This document shows positions 47,901 through 62,900 of a stretch of DNA of 64,000 bases, one piece after another; positions within the stretch are counted from its first letter, which is position 1, and the number at the start of each line of letters is the position of its first letter. Both the position numbers and the translations under genes were made by a program. The notes below the pieces were generated by a model. The model was not told the origin of the DNA, did no database searches, and worked only from the letters and a program-made list of their open reading frames with translations. Location of the stretch: contig OZ024743.1 of assembly GCA_964016885.1 (NCBI GenBank), forward strand, positions 10,664,001 to 10,728,000. Direction: 5' to 3'. Source of the DNA: Eledone cirrhosa (Eukaryota).

Positions 47901-50900
47901 TAATGTGGTGGTTTGGTGTTATTTCAACAGGTATAAATGAGGTGGTGGTTAGGTGTTGTTTCAACAGGTATAAAGAAGGTGGTGGTTTGGTTTTGTTTCA
48001 ACAGGTATAAATGAGGTGGTGGGGTGGTGTTGTTTCAGCACGTATAAATAAGGTGGTGGGTTGGGCTTGTTTCAGAAGGTATAAATAAGGTGGTAGTTTG
48101 GGTTGTTTCAGCAGGTATAAATAAGGTGGTGGTTTGGTGTTGTTTCAACAGGTATAAATGAGGTGGTGGTTTGGTGTTGTTTCAGCAGGTATAAATTTAG
48201 TGATGGTTTGGTGTTGTTTTAAACAGGTATAAATAAGGTGTGGTTTGGTGTTGTTTCAACAGGTATAATTAGGTTGTGGTTTGTTGTTATTTCAACAGGT
48301 ATAAATGAAGTGGTGCCTTGGGGTTGTTTCAGCAGGTATAAATGAGGTGGTGGTTTGGGGTTATTACAACAGGTATGAATAAGATGGTGGTGTGGTGTTG
48401 TTGCAACAGGTTTAAATAAGGTGGTGGTTTGGTGTTGTTTCAACAGGTATAAAGAAGGTGATGTTTTGGTGTTGTTTCAACAGGTATAAAGAAGGTGGTG
48501 GTTGTGTTTTGTTTCAACAGGTATAAAGAAGGTGGTGGGTTGGGGTTGTTTCAACAGGTATAAATTTGGTGATGGTTTGGTGTTGTTTCAACAGGTATAA
48601 AGAAGGTGGTGGTTTGGTGTTATTTCAACAGGTATAAATGAGGTGGTGGTTTGTTGTTGTTTCAACAGGTATACATTTGGAGGTGGTTTGATGTTGTTTC
48701 AACAGGTATAAAAAGGGTGGTGGTTTGGTGTTGTTTCAACAGGAATAAATAAGGTGGTGGTTTGGTTTTATTTCAACAGGTATAAAGGAGGTGGTGGTTT
48801 GGTGTTTTTTCAACAGGTATAAAGAAGTTGGTGGTTTGGTGTTGTTTCAACAGGTATAAATTTGTTGATGGTTTGGTGTTGTTTCAACAGGTATAAATAG
48901 GGTGGTGGTTTGGGGTTGCTTCAGAAGGTATAAAGAAGGTGGTGGGTTGGGGTTGTTTCAGAAGGTATAAATAAGGTGGTGGTTTGGGGGTTGTTTCAGC
49001 AGGTATAAATAAGGTGGTGGGTTGGGCTTGTTTCAGAAGGTATAAATAAGGTGGTAGTTTGGGTTGTTTCAGCAGGTATAAATAAGGTGGTGGTTTGGTG
49101 TTGTTTCAACAGGTATAAATGAGGTGGTGGTTTGGTGTTGTTTCAGCAGGTATAAATTTAGTGATGGTTTGGTGTTGTTTTGAACAGGTATAAATATCAT
49201 GTGGTATGGTGTTGTTTCAACATGTATAATTAGGTTATGGTTTGTTGTTATTTCAACAGGTATAAATGAAGTGGTGCCTTGGGGTTGTTTCAGCAGGTAT
49301 AAAGAAGGTGGTGGTTTGGGGTTATTACAACAGGTATAAATAAGATGGTGGTGCGGTGTTGTTGCAACAGGTTTAAATAAGGTGTTGGTTTGGTGTTGTT
49401 TCAACAGATATAAATAAGGTGATGGTTTGGTGTTGTTTCAACAGGTATAAATAAGGTGGTGGTTTGTAGTTTTTTCAACAGGTATAAATAAGGTGGTAGT
49501 TTGTTGTTGTTTCAACAGGTATAAATAACGTGGTGGTTTGGTGTTGTTTCAACAGTTATAAATAAGGTGGTGTGTTGGGGTTGTTTCAGAAGGTATAAAT
49601 AAGGTGGTGGTTTGGTGTTGTTCCAACAGGTATACATTTGGTGGTGGTTTGATGTTGTTTCAACAGGTATTAATAGGGTGGTGGTTTGGTGTTATTTCAA
49701 CAGGTATAAATAAGGTGGTGGTTTGGAGTTGTTTCATCAAGCAAAAATGAGGTGGTGGTTTGGTGTTGTTTCAACAGGTATAAATTTGGTAATGGTTTAG
49801 TGTTGTTTCAACAGGTATAAAGAAGGTGGTGGTTTGGTGTTGTTTCAACAGGTATAAATTTGTTGATGGTTTGGTGTTGTTTCAACAGGTATAAATAAGG
49901 TGGTCGTTTGGTGTTATTTCAACAGGTATAAAGGAGGTGGTGGTTTGGTGTTGTTTCAACAGGTATAAATGAGGTGGTGGGGTGGTGTTGTTTCAGCATG
50001 TATAAATAAGGTGGTGGGGTGGTGTTGTTTCAGCATGTATAAATAAGGTGGTGGTTTGGTTTTGTTTCAACAGGTATAAATAACGTGGTGGTTTGGTGTT
50101 GTTTCAACAGGTATAAATAGGGTGGTGTGTTGGGGTTGTTTCAGAAGGTATAAAGAAGGTGGTGGGTTGGGGTTGTTTCAGAAGGTATAAATAAGGTGGT
50201 GGTTTGGGGTTGTTTCAGCAGGTATAAACAAGGTGGTGGGTTGGGCTTGTTTCAGAAAGTATAAATAAGGTGGTAGTTTGGGTTGTTTCAGCAGGTATAA
50301 AGAAGGTGGTGGTTTGGTGTTGTTTCAACAGGTATAAATAAGGTGGTGGGTTGGGGTTCTTTCAGCAGGTATAAATAAGGTGGTGGTTTGGGTTTGTTTC
50401 AGCAGGTATAAATAAGGTGGTTTGTTTGGGGTTGTTTCAGCAGGTATAAATTTAGTGATGATTTGGTGTTGTTTTGAACAGGTATAAATAAGGTGTGGTT
50501 TGGTGTTGTTTCAACAGGTATAAATAAGGTGGTGTGTTGGGGTTGTTTCAGAAGGTATAAATAAGGTGGTGGTTTGGGGTTGTTTCAGAAGGTATAAATA
50601 AGGTGGTGGTTTGGGGTTGTTTCAGCAGGTATAAATAAGGTGGTGGGTGGGGCTTGTTTCAGAAGGTATAAATAAGGGGGTATTTTGGGTTGTTTCAGAA
50701 GGTATAAATAAGGTGGTGGTTTGGGGTTGTTTCAGCAGGTATAAATAAGGTGGTGGGTGGGCTTGTTTCAGAAGGTATAAATAAGGGGGTATTTTGGGTT
50801 GTTTCAGCAGGTATAAATAAGGTGGTGGTTTGGTGTTGTTTCAACAGGTTTAAATGAGGTGGTGGTTGGGTGTTGTTTCAGCAGGTATAAATTTAGTGAT

Positions 50901-53900
50901 GGTTTGGTGTTGTTTTGAACAGGTATAAATAAGGTGTGGTTTGGTGTTATTTCAACATTTATAAATGAGGTGGTGCCTTGGGGTTGTTTCAGCAGGTATA
51001 AATAAGGTGGTGGTTTGGGGTTATTACAACAGGTATAAATAAGATGGTGGTGTGGTGTTGTTGCAACAGGTTTAAATAAGGTGGTGGTTAGGTGTTGTTT
51101 CAACAGGTATAAATAAGGTGGTGGTTTGGTGTTTTTTCAACAGGTATAAATAAGGTGGTGGGTTGGGGTTGTTTCAACAGGTATAAATTTGGTTATGGTT
51201 TGGTGTTGTTTCAACAGGTATAAACAAGGTGGTGGGTTGGTGTTATTTCAACAGGTATAAATGAGGTGGTGGTTTGGTGTTGTTTCAACTGGGATGAATT
51301 TGTTGATGGTTTGGTGTTGTTTCAACTGGTATATATAAGGTGGTCGTTTGCTGCTGTTTCAACAGGTATAAATTTGGTTATGGTTTGGTGTTGTTTCAAC
51401 AGGTATAAATAAGGTGGTGGTTTGGTGTTGTTTCAACAGGTATAAAGAAGGTGGTGTTTTGGTTTTGTTTCAACAGGTATAAATGAGGTGGTGGGGTGGT
51501 GTTGTTTCAGCAGGTATAAATAAGGTGGTGGTTTGGTTTTGTTTCAACAGGTATAAATGAGGTGGTAGTTTGTTGTTGTTTCAACAGTTATAAATAACGT
51601 GGTGGTTTGGTGTTGTTTCAACAGGTATAAATAAGGTGGTGTGTTGGGGTTGTTTCAGAAGGTATAAATAAGGTGGTGGTTTGGTGTTGTTCCAACAGAT
51701 ATAAATAAGGTGGTCGTTTGGTGTTGTTTCAACAGGTATACATTTGGTGGTGGTTTGATGTTGTTTCAACAGGTATAAATAGGGTGGTGGTTTGATGTTA
51801 TTTCAACAGGTATAAATAAGGTTGTGGTTTGGTGTTGTTTCATCAAGCATAAATGAGGTGGTGGTTTGGTGTTGTTTCAACAGATATAAATGAGGTGGTG
51901 GTTTGGTGTTGTTTCAGCAGGTATAAATTTAGTGATGGTTTGGTGTTGTTTTGAACAGGTATAAATAAAATGTGGTATGGTGTTGTTTCAACATGTATAA
52001 TTAGGTTATGGTTTGTTGTTATTTCAACAGGTATTAATGAAGTGGTGCCTTGGGGTTGTTTCAGCAGGTATAAAGAAGGTGGTGGTTTGGGGTTATTACA
52101 ACAGGTTTAAATAAGATGGTGGTGTGGTGTTGTTGCAACAGGTTTAAATAAGGTGTTGGTTTGGTGTTGTTTCAACAGATATAAATAAGGTGATGGTTTG
52201 GTGTTGTTTCAACAGGTATAAATAAGGTGGTGGTTTGGTGTTTTTTCAACAGGTATAAATAAGGTGGTAGTTTGTTGTTGTTTCAACAGGTATAAATAAC
52301 GTGGTGGTTTGGTGTTGTTTCAACAGTTATAAATAAGGTGGTGTGTTGGGGTTGTTTCAGAAGGTATAAAGAAGGTGGTGGTTTGGTGTTGTTCCAACAG
52401 ATATAAATAAGGTGGTCGTTTGGTGTTGTTTCAACAGGTATACATTTGGTGGTGGTTTGATGTTGTTTCAACAGGAATAAATAGGGTGGTGGTTTCATGT
52501 TATTTCAACAGGTATAAAGAAGGTTGTGGTTTGGTGTTGTTTCATCAAGCATAAATGAGGTGGTGGTTTGGTGTTGTTTCAACAGATATAAATTTGGTTA
52601 TGGTTTGGTGTTGTTTCAACAGGTATAAATTTGCTGATGGTTTGGTGTTGTCTCAACAGGTATAAACAAGGTGGTGGTTTGGTGTTATTTCAACAGGTAT
52701 AAATGAGGTGGTGGTTTGGTGTTGTTTCAACAGGTATAAATAAGGTGGTGGTTTGGTTTTGTTTCAACAGGTATAAAGAAGGTGGTGGTTTGGTGTTGTT
52801 TCAACAGGTATAAATGAGGTGGTGGTTTGGTGTTGTTTCAACAGGTATAAATAAGGTGGTGGTTTGGTGTTGTTTCAACAGGTATAAATAAGGTGGTGGT
52901 TTGGTGTTGTTTCAACTGGTATAAATTTGGTGTTGTTTCAACAGGTATAAGTAAGGTGGTGGTTTGGTGTTGTTTCAACAGGTATCAATCTGTTGATGGT
53001 TTGTTGTTGTTTCAACAGGTATAAATGAGGTGGTGGTTTGGTGTTGTTTCAACAGGTATAAAGAAGGTGGTGGTTAGGTGTTGTTTCAACAGGTATAAAC
53101 GAGGTGGTAGTTTGTTGTTGTTTCAACATGTATAAATAACGTGGTGGTTTCGTTTTGTTTCAACTGGTATAAATAGGGTGGTTTGTTGGTGTTTTTTCAG
53201 AAGGTATAAAGAAGGTGGTGGGTTGGGGTTGTTTCAGAACGTATAAAGAAGGTGGTGGTTTGGGGTTGTTTCAGCAGGTATAAATAAGGCGGTGGGTTGG
53301 GCTTGTTTCAGAAGGTATAAATAAGGTGGTGGTTTGGTGTTGTTTCAACAGGTATAAATTTGTTGATGGTTTGGTGTTGTTTCAACAGGAATAAATAAGG
53401 TGGTGGTTTGGTGTTATTTCAACAGGTATAAATGAGGTGATGGTTTGGTGTTGTTTCAACAGGTATAAATAAGGTGGTGGGGTGGTGTTGTTTCAGCATG
53501 TATAAATAAGGTGGTGGTTTGGTTTTGTTTCAACAGGTATAAACGATGTGTTGAGGTGGTGTTGTTTCAACAGGTATAAATGATGTGGTAGTTTGTTGTT
53601 GTTTCAACAGGTATAAATAACGTGGTGGTCTGGTGTTGTTTCAACAGGTATAAAGAAGGTCGTGGGTTGGGGTTGTTTCAGAAGGTATAAATAAGGTGGT
53701 GGTTTGGGGTTGTTTCAGCAGGTATAAATAAGGTGGTGCGTGGGGCTTGTTTCAGAAGGTATAAATAAGGTGGTGGTTTGGGGTTGTTTCAGCAGGCATA
53801 AATAAGGTGGTGGGTGGGCTTGTTTCAGAAGGTATAAATAAGGGGGTATTTTGGGTTGTTTCAGCAGGTATAAATAAGGTGGTGGTTTGGTGTTGTTTCA

Positions 53901-56900
53901 ACAGGTTTAAATGAGGTGGTGGTTGGGTGTTGTTTCAGCAGGTATAAATTTAGTGATGGTTTGGTGTTGTTTTGAACAGGTATAAATAAGGTGTGGTTTG
54001 GTGTTATTTCAACATTTATAAATGAGGTGGTGCCTTGGGGTTGTTTCAGCAGGTATAAATAAGGTGGTGGTTTGGGGTTATTACAACAGGTATAAATAAG
54101 ATGGTGGTGTGGTGTTGTTGCAACAGGTTTAAATAAGGTGGTGGTTAGGTGTTGTTTCAACAGGTATAAATAAGGTGGTGGTTTGGTGTTTTTTCAACAG
54201 GTATAAATAAGGTGGTGGGTTGGGGTTGTTTCAACAGGTATAAATTTGGTTATGGTTTGGTGTTGTTTCAACAGGTATAAACAAGGTGGTGGGTTGGTGT
54301 TATTTCAACAGGTATAAATGAGGTGGTGGTTTGGTGTTGTTTCAACTGGGATGAATTTGTTGATGGTTTGGTGTTGTTTCAACTGGTATATATAAGGTTG
54401 TCGTTTGGTGATGTTTCAACAGGTATAAATTTGGTTATGGTTTGGTGTTGTTTCAACAGGTATAAATAAGGTGGTGGTTTGGTGTTGTTTCAACAGGTAT
54501 AAAGAATGTGGTGGTTTGGTTTTGTTTCAACAGGTATAAATGAGGTGGTGGGGTGGTGTTGTTTCAGCAGGTATAAATAAGGTGGTGGTTTGGTTTTGTT
54601 TCAACAGGTATAAATGAGGTGGTAGTTTGTTGTTGTTTCAACAGGTATAAATAAGGTGGTGGTTTGGTGTTGTTTCAACAGGTATAAATAAGGTGGTGTG
54701 TTGGGGTTGTTTCAGAAGGTATAAATAAGGTGGTGGTTTGGTGTTCTTCCAACAGATATAAATAAGGTGGTCGTTTGGTGTTGTTTCAACAGGTATATAT
54801 TTGGTGGTGGTTTGATGTTGTTTCAACAGGTATAAATAGGGTGGTGGTTTGATGTTATTTCAACAGGTATAAAGAAGGTTGTGGTTTGGTGTTGTTTCAT
54901 CAAGCATAAATGAGGTGGTGGTTTGGTGTTGTTTCAACAGATATAAATGAGGTGGTGGTTTGGTGTTGTTTCAGCAGGTATAAATTTAGTGATGGTTTGG
55001 TGTTGTTTTGAACAGGTATAAATAGGGTGGTGGTTTCATGTTATTTCAACAGGTATAAAGAAGGTTGTGGTTTGGTGTTGTTTCATCAAGCATAAATGAG
55101 GTGGTGGTTTGGTGTTGTTTCAACAGATATAAATTTGGTTATGGTTTGGTGTTGTTTCAACAGGTATAAATGAAGTGGTGCCTTGGGGTTGTTTCAGCAG
55201 GTATAAAGAAGGTGGTGGTTTGGGGTTATTACAACAGGTATAAATAAGATGGTGGTGTGGTGTTGTTGCAACAGGTTTAAATAAGGTGTTGGTTTGGTGT
55301 TGTTTCAACAGATATAAATAAGGTGATGGTTTGGTGTTGTTTCAACAGGTATAAATAAGGTGGTGGTTTGGTGTTTTTTCAACAGGTATAAATAAGGTGG
55401 TAGTTTGTTGTTGTTTCAACAGGTATAAATAACGTGGTGGTTTGGTGTTGTTTCAACAGTTATAAATAAGGTGGTGTGTTGGGGTTGTTTCAGAAGGTAT
55501 AAATAAGGTGGTGGTTTGGTGTTGTTCCAACAGATATAAATCAGGTAGTCGTTTGGTGTTGTTTCAACAGGTATACATTTGGTGGTGGTTTGATGTTGTT
55601 TCAACAGGTATAAATAGGGTGGTGGTTTCATGTTATTTCAACAGGTATAAAGAAGGTTGTGGTTTGGTGTTGTTTCATCAAGCATAAATGAGGTGGTGGT
55701 TTGGTGTTGTTTCAACAGATATAAATTTGGTTATGGTTTGGTGTTGTTTCAACAGGTATAAATTTGCTGATGGTTTTGTGTTGTTTCAACAGGTATAAAT
55801 TTGCTGATGGTTTGGTGTTGTTTCAACAGGTATAAACAAGGTGGTGGTTTGGTGTTATTTCAACAGGTATAAATGAGGTGGTGGTTTGGTGTTGTTTCAA
55901 CAGGTATAAATAAGGTGGTGGTTTGGTTTTGTTTCAACAGGTATAAAGAAGGTGGTGGTTTGGTGTTGTTTCAACAGGTATTAATGAGGTGGTGGTTTGG
56001 TGTTGTTTCAACAGGTATAAAGAAGGTGGTGGTTTGGTTTTGTTTCAACAGGTATAAATAAGGTGGTGGTTTGGTGTTGTTTCAACTGGTATAAATAAGG
56101 TGTTCGTTTGGTGCTGTTTCAACAGGTATAAACGAGGTGGTAGTTTGTTGTTGTTTCAACATGTATAAATAACGTGGTGGTCTGGTGTTGTTTCAACAGG
56201 TATAAATAGGGTGGTTTGTTGGTGTTTTTTCAGAAGGTATAAAGAAGGTGGTGGGTTGGGGTTGTTTCAGAAGGTATAAAGAAGGTGGTGGTTTGGGGTT
56301 GTTTCAGCAGGTATAAATAAGGCGGTGGGTTGGGCTTGTTTCAGAATGTATAAATAAGGTGGTAGTTTGGGTTGTTTCAGCAGGTATAAATAAGGTGGTG
56401 TTTTGGTGTTATTTCAACAGGTATAAATGAGGTGGTGGTTTGGTGTTGTTTCAGCAGGTATAAATTTGGTGATGGTTTGGTGTTGTTTTGAACAGGTATA
56501 AATAAGGTGTGGTTTGGTGTTGTTTCAACAGGTGTAATTAGGTTGCGGTTTGTTGTTATTTCAACAGGTATAAATGAAGTAGTGCCTTGGGGTTGTTTCA
56601 GCAGGTATAAATAAGGTGGTGGTTTGGGGTTATTACAACAGGTATAAATAAGATGGTGGTGTGGTGTTGTTGCAACAGGTTTAAATAAGGTGGTGGTTTG
56701 GTGTTGTTTCAACAGGTATAAAGAAGGTGATGGTTTGGTGTTGTTTTGAACAGGTATAAATAAGGTGTGGTTTGGTGTTATTTCAACATTTATAAATGAG
56801 GTGGTGCCTTGGGGTTGTTTCAGCAAGTATAAATAAGGTGGTGGTTTGGGGTTATTACAACAGGTATAAATAAGATGGTGGTGTGGTGTTGTTGCAACAG

Positions 56901-59900
56901 GTTTAAATAAGGTGGTGGTTAGGTGTTGTTTCAACAGGTATAAATAAGGTGGTGGTTTGGTGTTTTTTCAACAGGTATAAATAAGGTGGTGGGTTGGGGT
57001 TGTTTCAACAGGTATAAATTTGGTTATGGTTTGGTGTTGTTTCAACAGGTATAAACAAGGTGGTGGGTTGGTGTTATTTCTACAGGTATAAATGAGGTGG
57101 TGGTTTGGTGTTGTTTCAACTGGGATGAATTTGTTGATGGTTTGGTGTTGTTTCAACTGGTATAAATAAGGTGGTCGTTTGGTGCTGTTTCAACAGGTAT
57201 AAATTTGGTTATGGTTTGGTGTTGTTACAACAGGTATAAATAAGGTGGTGGTTTGGTGTTGTTTCAACAGGTATAAAGAAGGTGGTGGTTTGGTTTTGTT
57301 TCAACAGGTATAAATGAGGTGGTGGGGTGGTGTTGTTTCAGCAGGTATAAATAAGGTGGTTGATTGGTTTTGTTTCAACAGGTATAAATGAGGTGGTAGT
57401 TTGTTGTTGTTTCAACAGGTATAAATAACGTGGTGGTTTGGTGTTGTTTCAACAGGTATAAATAAGGTGGTGTGTTGGGGTTGTTTCAGAAGGTATAAAT
57501 AAGGTGGTGGTTTGGTGTTGTTCCAACAGATATAAATAAGGTGGTCGTTTGGTGTTGTTTCAACAGGTATACATTTGGTGGTGGTTTGATGTTGTTTCAA
57601 CAGGTATAAATAGGGTGGTGGTTTCATGTTATTTCAACAGGTATAAAGAAGGTTGTGGTTTGGTGTTGTTTCATCAAGCATAAATGACGTGGTGGTTTGG
57701 TGTTGTTTCAACAGATATAAATTTGGTTATGGTTTGGTGTTGTTTCAACAGGTATAAATTTGCTGATGGTTTGGTGTTGTTTCAACAGGTATAAACAAGG
57801 TGGTGGTTTGGTGTTATTTCAACAGGTATAAATGAGGTGGTGGTTTGGTGTTATTTCAACAGGTATAAAGAAGGTGGTGGTTTGGTTTTGTTTCAACAGG
57901 TATAAAGAAGGTGGTGGTTTGGTGTTGTTTCAACAGGTATAAATGAGGTGGTGGTTTGGTGTTGTTTCAACAGGTATAAATAAGGTGGTGGTTTGGTTTT
58001 GTTTCAACAGGTATAAATAAGGTGGTGGTTTGGTGTTGTTTCAACTGGTATAAATAAGGTGGTCGTTTGGTGCTGTTTCAACAGGTATAAATTTGGTGTT
58101 GTTTCAACAGGTATAAGTAAGGTGGTGGTTTGGTGTTGTTTCAACAGGTATCAATCTGTTGATGGTTTGGTGTTGTTTCAACAGGTATAAATGAGGTGGT
58201 GGTTTGGTGTTGTTTCAACAGGTATAAAGAAGGTGGTGGTTTGGTGTTGTTTCAACAGGTATAAACGAGGTGGTAGTTTGTTGTTGTTTCAACATGTATA
58301 AATAACGTGGTGTTTTGGTGTTGTTTCAACAGGTATAAATAGGGTGGTTTGTTGGTGTTTTTTCAGAAGGTATAAAGAAGGTGGTGGGTTGGGGTTGTTT
58401 CAGAAGGTATAAAGAAGGTGGTGGTTTGGGGTTGTTTCAGCAGGTATAAATAAGGCGGTGGGTTGGGCTTGTTTCAGAAGGTATAAATAAGGTGGTAGTT
58501 TGGGTTGTTTCAGCAGGTATAAATAAGGTGGTGTTTTGGTGTTATTTCAACAGGTATAAATGAGGTGGTGGTTTGGTGTTGTTTCAGCAGGTATAAATTT
58601 GGTGATGGTTTGGTGTTGTTTTGAACAGGTATAAATAAGGTGTGGTTTGGTGTTGTTTCAACAGGTGTAATTAGGTTGCGGTTTGTTGTTATTTCAACAG
58701 GTATAAATGAAGTAGTGCCTTGGGGTTGTTTCAGCAGGTATAAATAAGGTGGTGGTTTGGGGTTATTACAACAGGTATAAATAAGATGGTGGTGTGGTGT
58801 TGTTGCAACAGGTTTAAATAAGGTGGTGGTTTGGTGTTGTTTCCACAGGTATAAAGAAGGTGATGGTTTGGTGTTGTTTCAACAGGTATAAATAAGGTGG
58901 TGGTTTGGTGTTTTTTCAACAGGTATAAATAAGGTGGTGGGTTGGGGTTGTTTCAACAGGTATAAATTTGGTGATGGTTTGGTGTTGTTTCAACAGGTAT
59001 AAACAAGGTGGTGGTTTGGTGTTATTTCAACAGGTATAAATGAGGTGGTGGTTTTGTTTTGTTTCAACAGGTATACATGAGGTGTTGGGGTGCTGTTGTT
59101 TCAACAGGTATAAATGAGGTGGTAGTTTGTTGTTGTTTCAACAGGTATAAATAAGGTGGTGGTTTGGTTTTGTTTCAACAGGTATAAAGAAGGTGGTGGT
59201 TTAGTTTTGTTTCAACAGGTATAAATAAGGTGGTGGTTTGGTTTTGTTACAACTGGTATAACTTTGTTGATGGTTTGGTGTTGTTTCAACAGGTATAAAG
59301 AAGCTGGTGGTTTGGTGTTGTTTCAACAGGTATAAATTAGGTAATCGTTTGGGGTTGTTTCAACAGGTATAAATTTGTTGGTGGTTTGGTGTTGTTTCAA
59401 CAGGTATAAAGAAGGTGATGGTTTAGGGTTGTTTCAAGAGGTATAAATAAGCTGATGGTTTAGGCTTGTTTTAGCAGGTATAAAGAAGGTGGTGGTTTGG
59501 TGTTATTTCAACAGATATAAATAAGGTGGTGGTTTGGGTTGTTTCAACAGGTATAAATGAGGTGGTGATTTGGTGTTGTTTCAACAGGTATAAAGAAGGT
59601 GGTGTTTTGGTGTCGTTTCAAAAGGTATAAATGAGGTGGTGGTTTGGTGTTGTTTCAACAGGTATAAATAAGGTGGTGGTTTGGTGTTGTTTCAACAGGT
59701 ATAAATAAGGTGGTGGTTTGGTTTTGTTTCAGCAGATATAAATAAGGTGGTGGTTTGGGTTGTTTCAACAGGTATAAATTTGGTGGTGGTTTGCTGTTGT
59801 TTCAACAGGTATAAAGAAGGTGGTCATTTGGGTTGTTTCAACAGGTATAAATGAGGTGGTGATTTGGTGTTGTTTCAACAGGTATAAATAAGGTGGTGTT

Positions 59901-62900
59901 TTAGTGTCGTTTCAAAAGGTATAAATGAGGTGGTGGTTTGGTGTTGTTTCAACAGGTAGAAATGAGGTAGTGGTTTGGTGTTGTTTTAACAGGTATAAAT
60001 GAGGTGGTGATTTGGTGTTGTTTCAACAGGTATAAAGAAGGTGGTGGTTTGGTTTTATTTCAACAGGTATAAATGAGGTGGTGATTTGGTGTTGTTTCAA
60101 CAGGTATAAATTTGGTGATAGTTTGGTGTTATTTCAATAGGTATAAATAAGATGGTGGTTTGGGATGTTTCAAAAGGTATGAATGAGGTGGTTCTTGGGT
60201 GTTGTTTTAACAGGTATAAATTTGGTGATGGGTTGGTGTTGTTTCAGCAGGTATAAATAAGGTGGTGGTTTGGTTTGATTTCAACAGGTATAAATAAAGT
60301 GGTGCTTTGGTGTTGTTTCAACCGGTATAAATGAGGTGGTGGTTTGGTGTTGTTTCAACTGGTATAAATAAGGTGGTGGTTTGGTGTTGTTTCAGCAGGT
60401 ATAAATGAGGTGGTGGTTTGGTTTTATTTCAACAGGTATAAGTAAGGTGATGGTTTGGGTTATTTCAACAGGTATAAATAAGGTGGTGGTTTGGTGTTGT
60501 TTCAACAGGTATAAATAAGGTGGTGGTTTGGTGTTATTTCAACAGGTATAAATAAGGTGGTGGTTTGGTGTTGTTTCAACAGGTATAAATAAAGTGGTGA
60601 TCTGGTGTTGTTTCAGCAGGTATAAATAAGGTGGAGGTTTGGTGTTATTTCAACAGGTATAAATAAAGTGGTGGTTTGGTGTTGTTTCAAAAGGTATAAA
60701 TAAGGTGGTGGTTTGGTTTTATTTCAGCAGGTATAAATAAGGTGGTGGTTTGGTGTTATTTCAACAGGTATAAATCTGGTGGTGGTTTGGTGTTGTTTCA
60801 AAACGTATAAATAAGGTGGTGGTTTGGTTTTGTTTCAGCAGGTATAAATAAGGTGGTGGTTTGGTGTTGTTTCAACAGGTATAAATAAAGTGGTGATTTG
60901 GTGTTGTTTAGGCAGGTATAAATTTGGTGGTGGTTTGGGTTGTTTCAACAGGTATAAATGAGGTGGTGGTTTCTTGTTGTTTCAACAGGTATAAATGAAG
61001 TGGTGATTTGGTGTTGTTTCAGCAGGTATAAATAAGGTGGAGGTTTGGTGTTATTTCAACAGGTATAAATAAAGTGATGGTTTGGGTTATTTCAACAGGT
61101 ATAAATAAGGTTGGTGGTTTGGTGTTGTTTCAACAGGTATAAATTTGGTGATGGTTTGGTGTTGTTTCAACAGGTATAAATAAGGTGGTAGTTTGGTGTT
61201 ATTTCAACAGCTATAAATAAGGTGGTGGTTTGGAGTTGTTTAAACGGGTATAGATAAAGTGGTGGTTTGGTGTTGTTTCAGCAGGTATAAATAAGGTGGA
61301 GGTTTGGTGTTATTTCAACAGGTATAAATAAGGTGATGGTTTGGTGTTGTTTCAACAGGTATAAATGAGGTGGTGATTTGGTGTTGTTTCAGCAGGTATA
61401 AATAAGGTGGTTATTTGGTGTTTTTTCAGCAGGTATAAATAAATTGGTGGTTTGGTGTTATTTCAACAGGTATAAAGAAGGTGGTGGTTTGGTGTTATTT
61501 CAACAGATATAAATTTGGTGGTGGTTTGCTGTTGTTTCAACAGGTATAAATGAGGTGGTGATTTGGTGTTGTTTCAACAGGTATAAATAAGGTGGTGGTT
61601 TGGGTTGTTTCAACAGGTATAAAGAATGTGGTGGTTTGGGTTGTTTCAACAGGTATAAATGAGGTGTTTGTTTGGTGTTGTTTTAACAGGTATAAATTTG
61701 GTGATGGTTTGGTGTTGTTTCAACAGGTAGAAATGAGGTGGTGATTGGGTGTTGTTTCAACAGGTATAAATAAGGTGGTGGTTTGGTGTTGTTTCAACAG
61801 GTAGAAATGAGGTGGTGGTTTGGTGTTGTTTTAACAGGTATAAATTTGGTGGTGGTTTGGTGTTGTTTCAACAGTTATAAATGAGGTGGTGGTTTGGTGT
61901 TGTTTCAACAGGTATAAAGAAGGTGGTGGCTTGGTGTTGTTTCAACAGGTATAATTGAGGTGCTGGTTTGGTGTTATTTCAACAGAGTATAAATATGATG
62001 GTGGTTTGGGGTTGTTTCAACAGGTATAAATAAGATGGTGGTTTGGTGTTCTTTCAACAGGTATAAATAAAGTTGTGATTTGCTGTTGTTTCAACAGGTA
62101 TAAATTTGGTGATGGTTTGGTGTTATTTCAACAGGTATAAATAAGGTGGTGGTCTGGTGTTGTTTTAACAGGTATAAATTTGGTGATGGTTTGGTGTTGT
62201 TTCAACAGGTATAAAGAAGGTGGTGGTTTGGTTTTATTTCAACAGGTATAAATAAAGTGGTGGTTTGGTGTTATTTCAACAGGTATAAATCTGGTGGTGG
62301 TTTGGTGTTGTTTCAAAACGTATAAATAAGGTGGTTGTTTGGTTTTGTTTCAGCAGGTATAAATAAGGTGGTGGTTTGGTGTTTTTTCAACAGGTATAAA
62401 TTTGGTGGTGGTTTGGGTTGTTTCAACAGGTATAAATGAGGTGGTGGTTTGGTGTTGTTTCAACAGGTATAAATGAGGTGGTGGTTTGGTGTTGTTTCAA
62501 CAGGTAGAAATGAGGTGGTGGTTTGGTGTTGTTTTAACAGGTATAAATTTGGTGATGGTTTGGTGTTGTTTCAACAGGTATAAAGAAGGTGGTGGTTTGG
62601 TTTTATTTCAACAGGTATAAATAAAGTGATGGTTTGGTTTATTTCAACAGGAATAAATAAGGTGGTGGTTTGGTGTTGTTTCAACAGGTATAAATAAGGT
62701 GGTGGTTTGGTGTTATTTCAACAGGTATAAATATGGTGATGGTTTGGTGTTGTTTCAACAGGTATAAACTTTGTGGTGGTTTGGTGTTGTTTCAACAGGT
62801 ATAAATGAGGTGGTGATTTGGTGTTGTTTCAACAGGTATATATTTGGTGATGGTTTGGTGTTATTTCAATAGTTATAAATAAGGTGGTGGTTTGGGTTGT

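Noticed and set aside
33251-58919. Dozens of 'MKQHQTT...' ORFs
   Set aside because: They are translations of the 37-bp satellite cycling through three frames, mostly from non-ATG starts, and are open only where a point variant removes the TGA.
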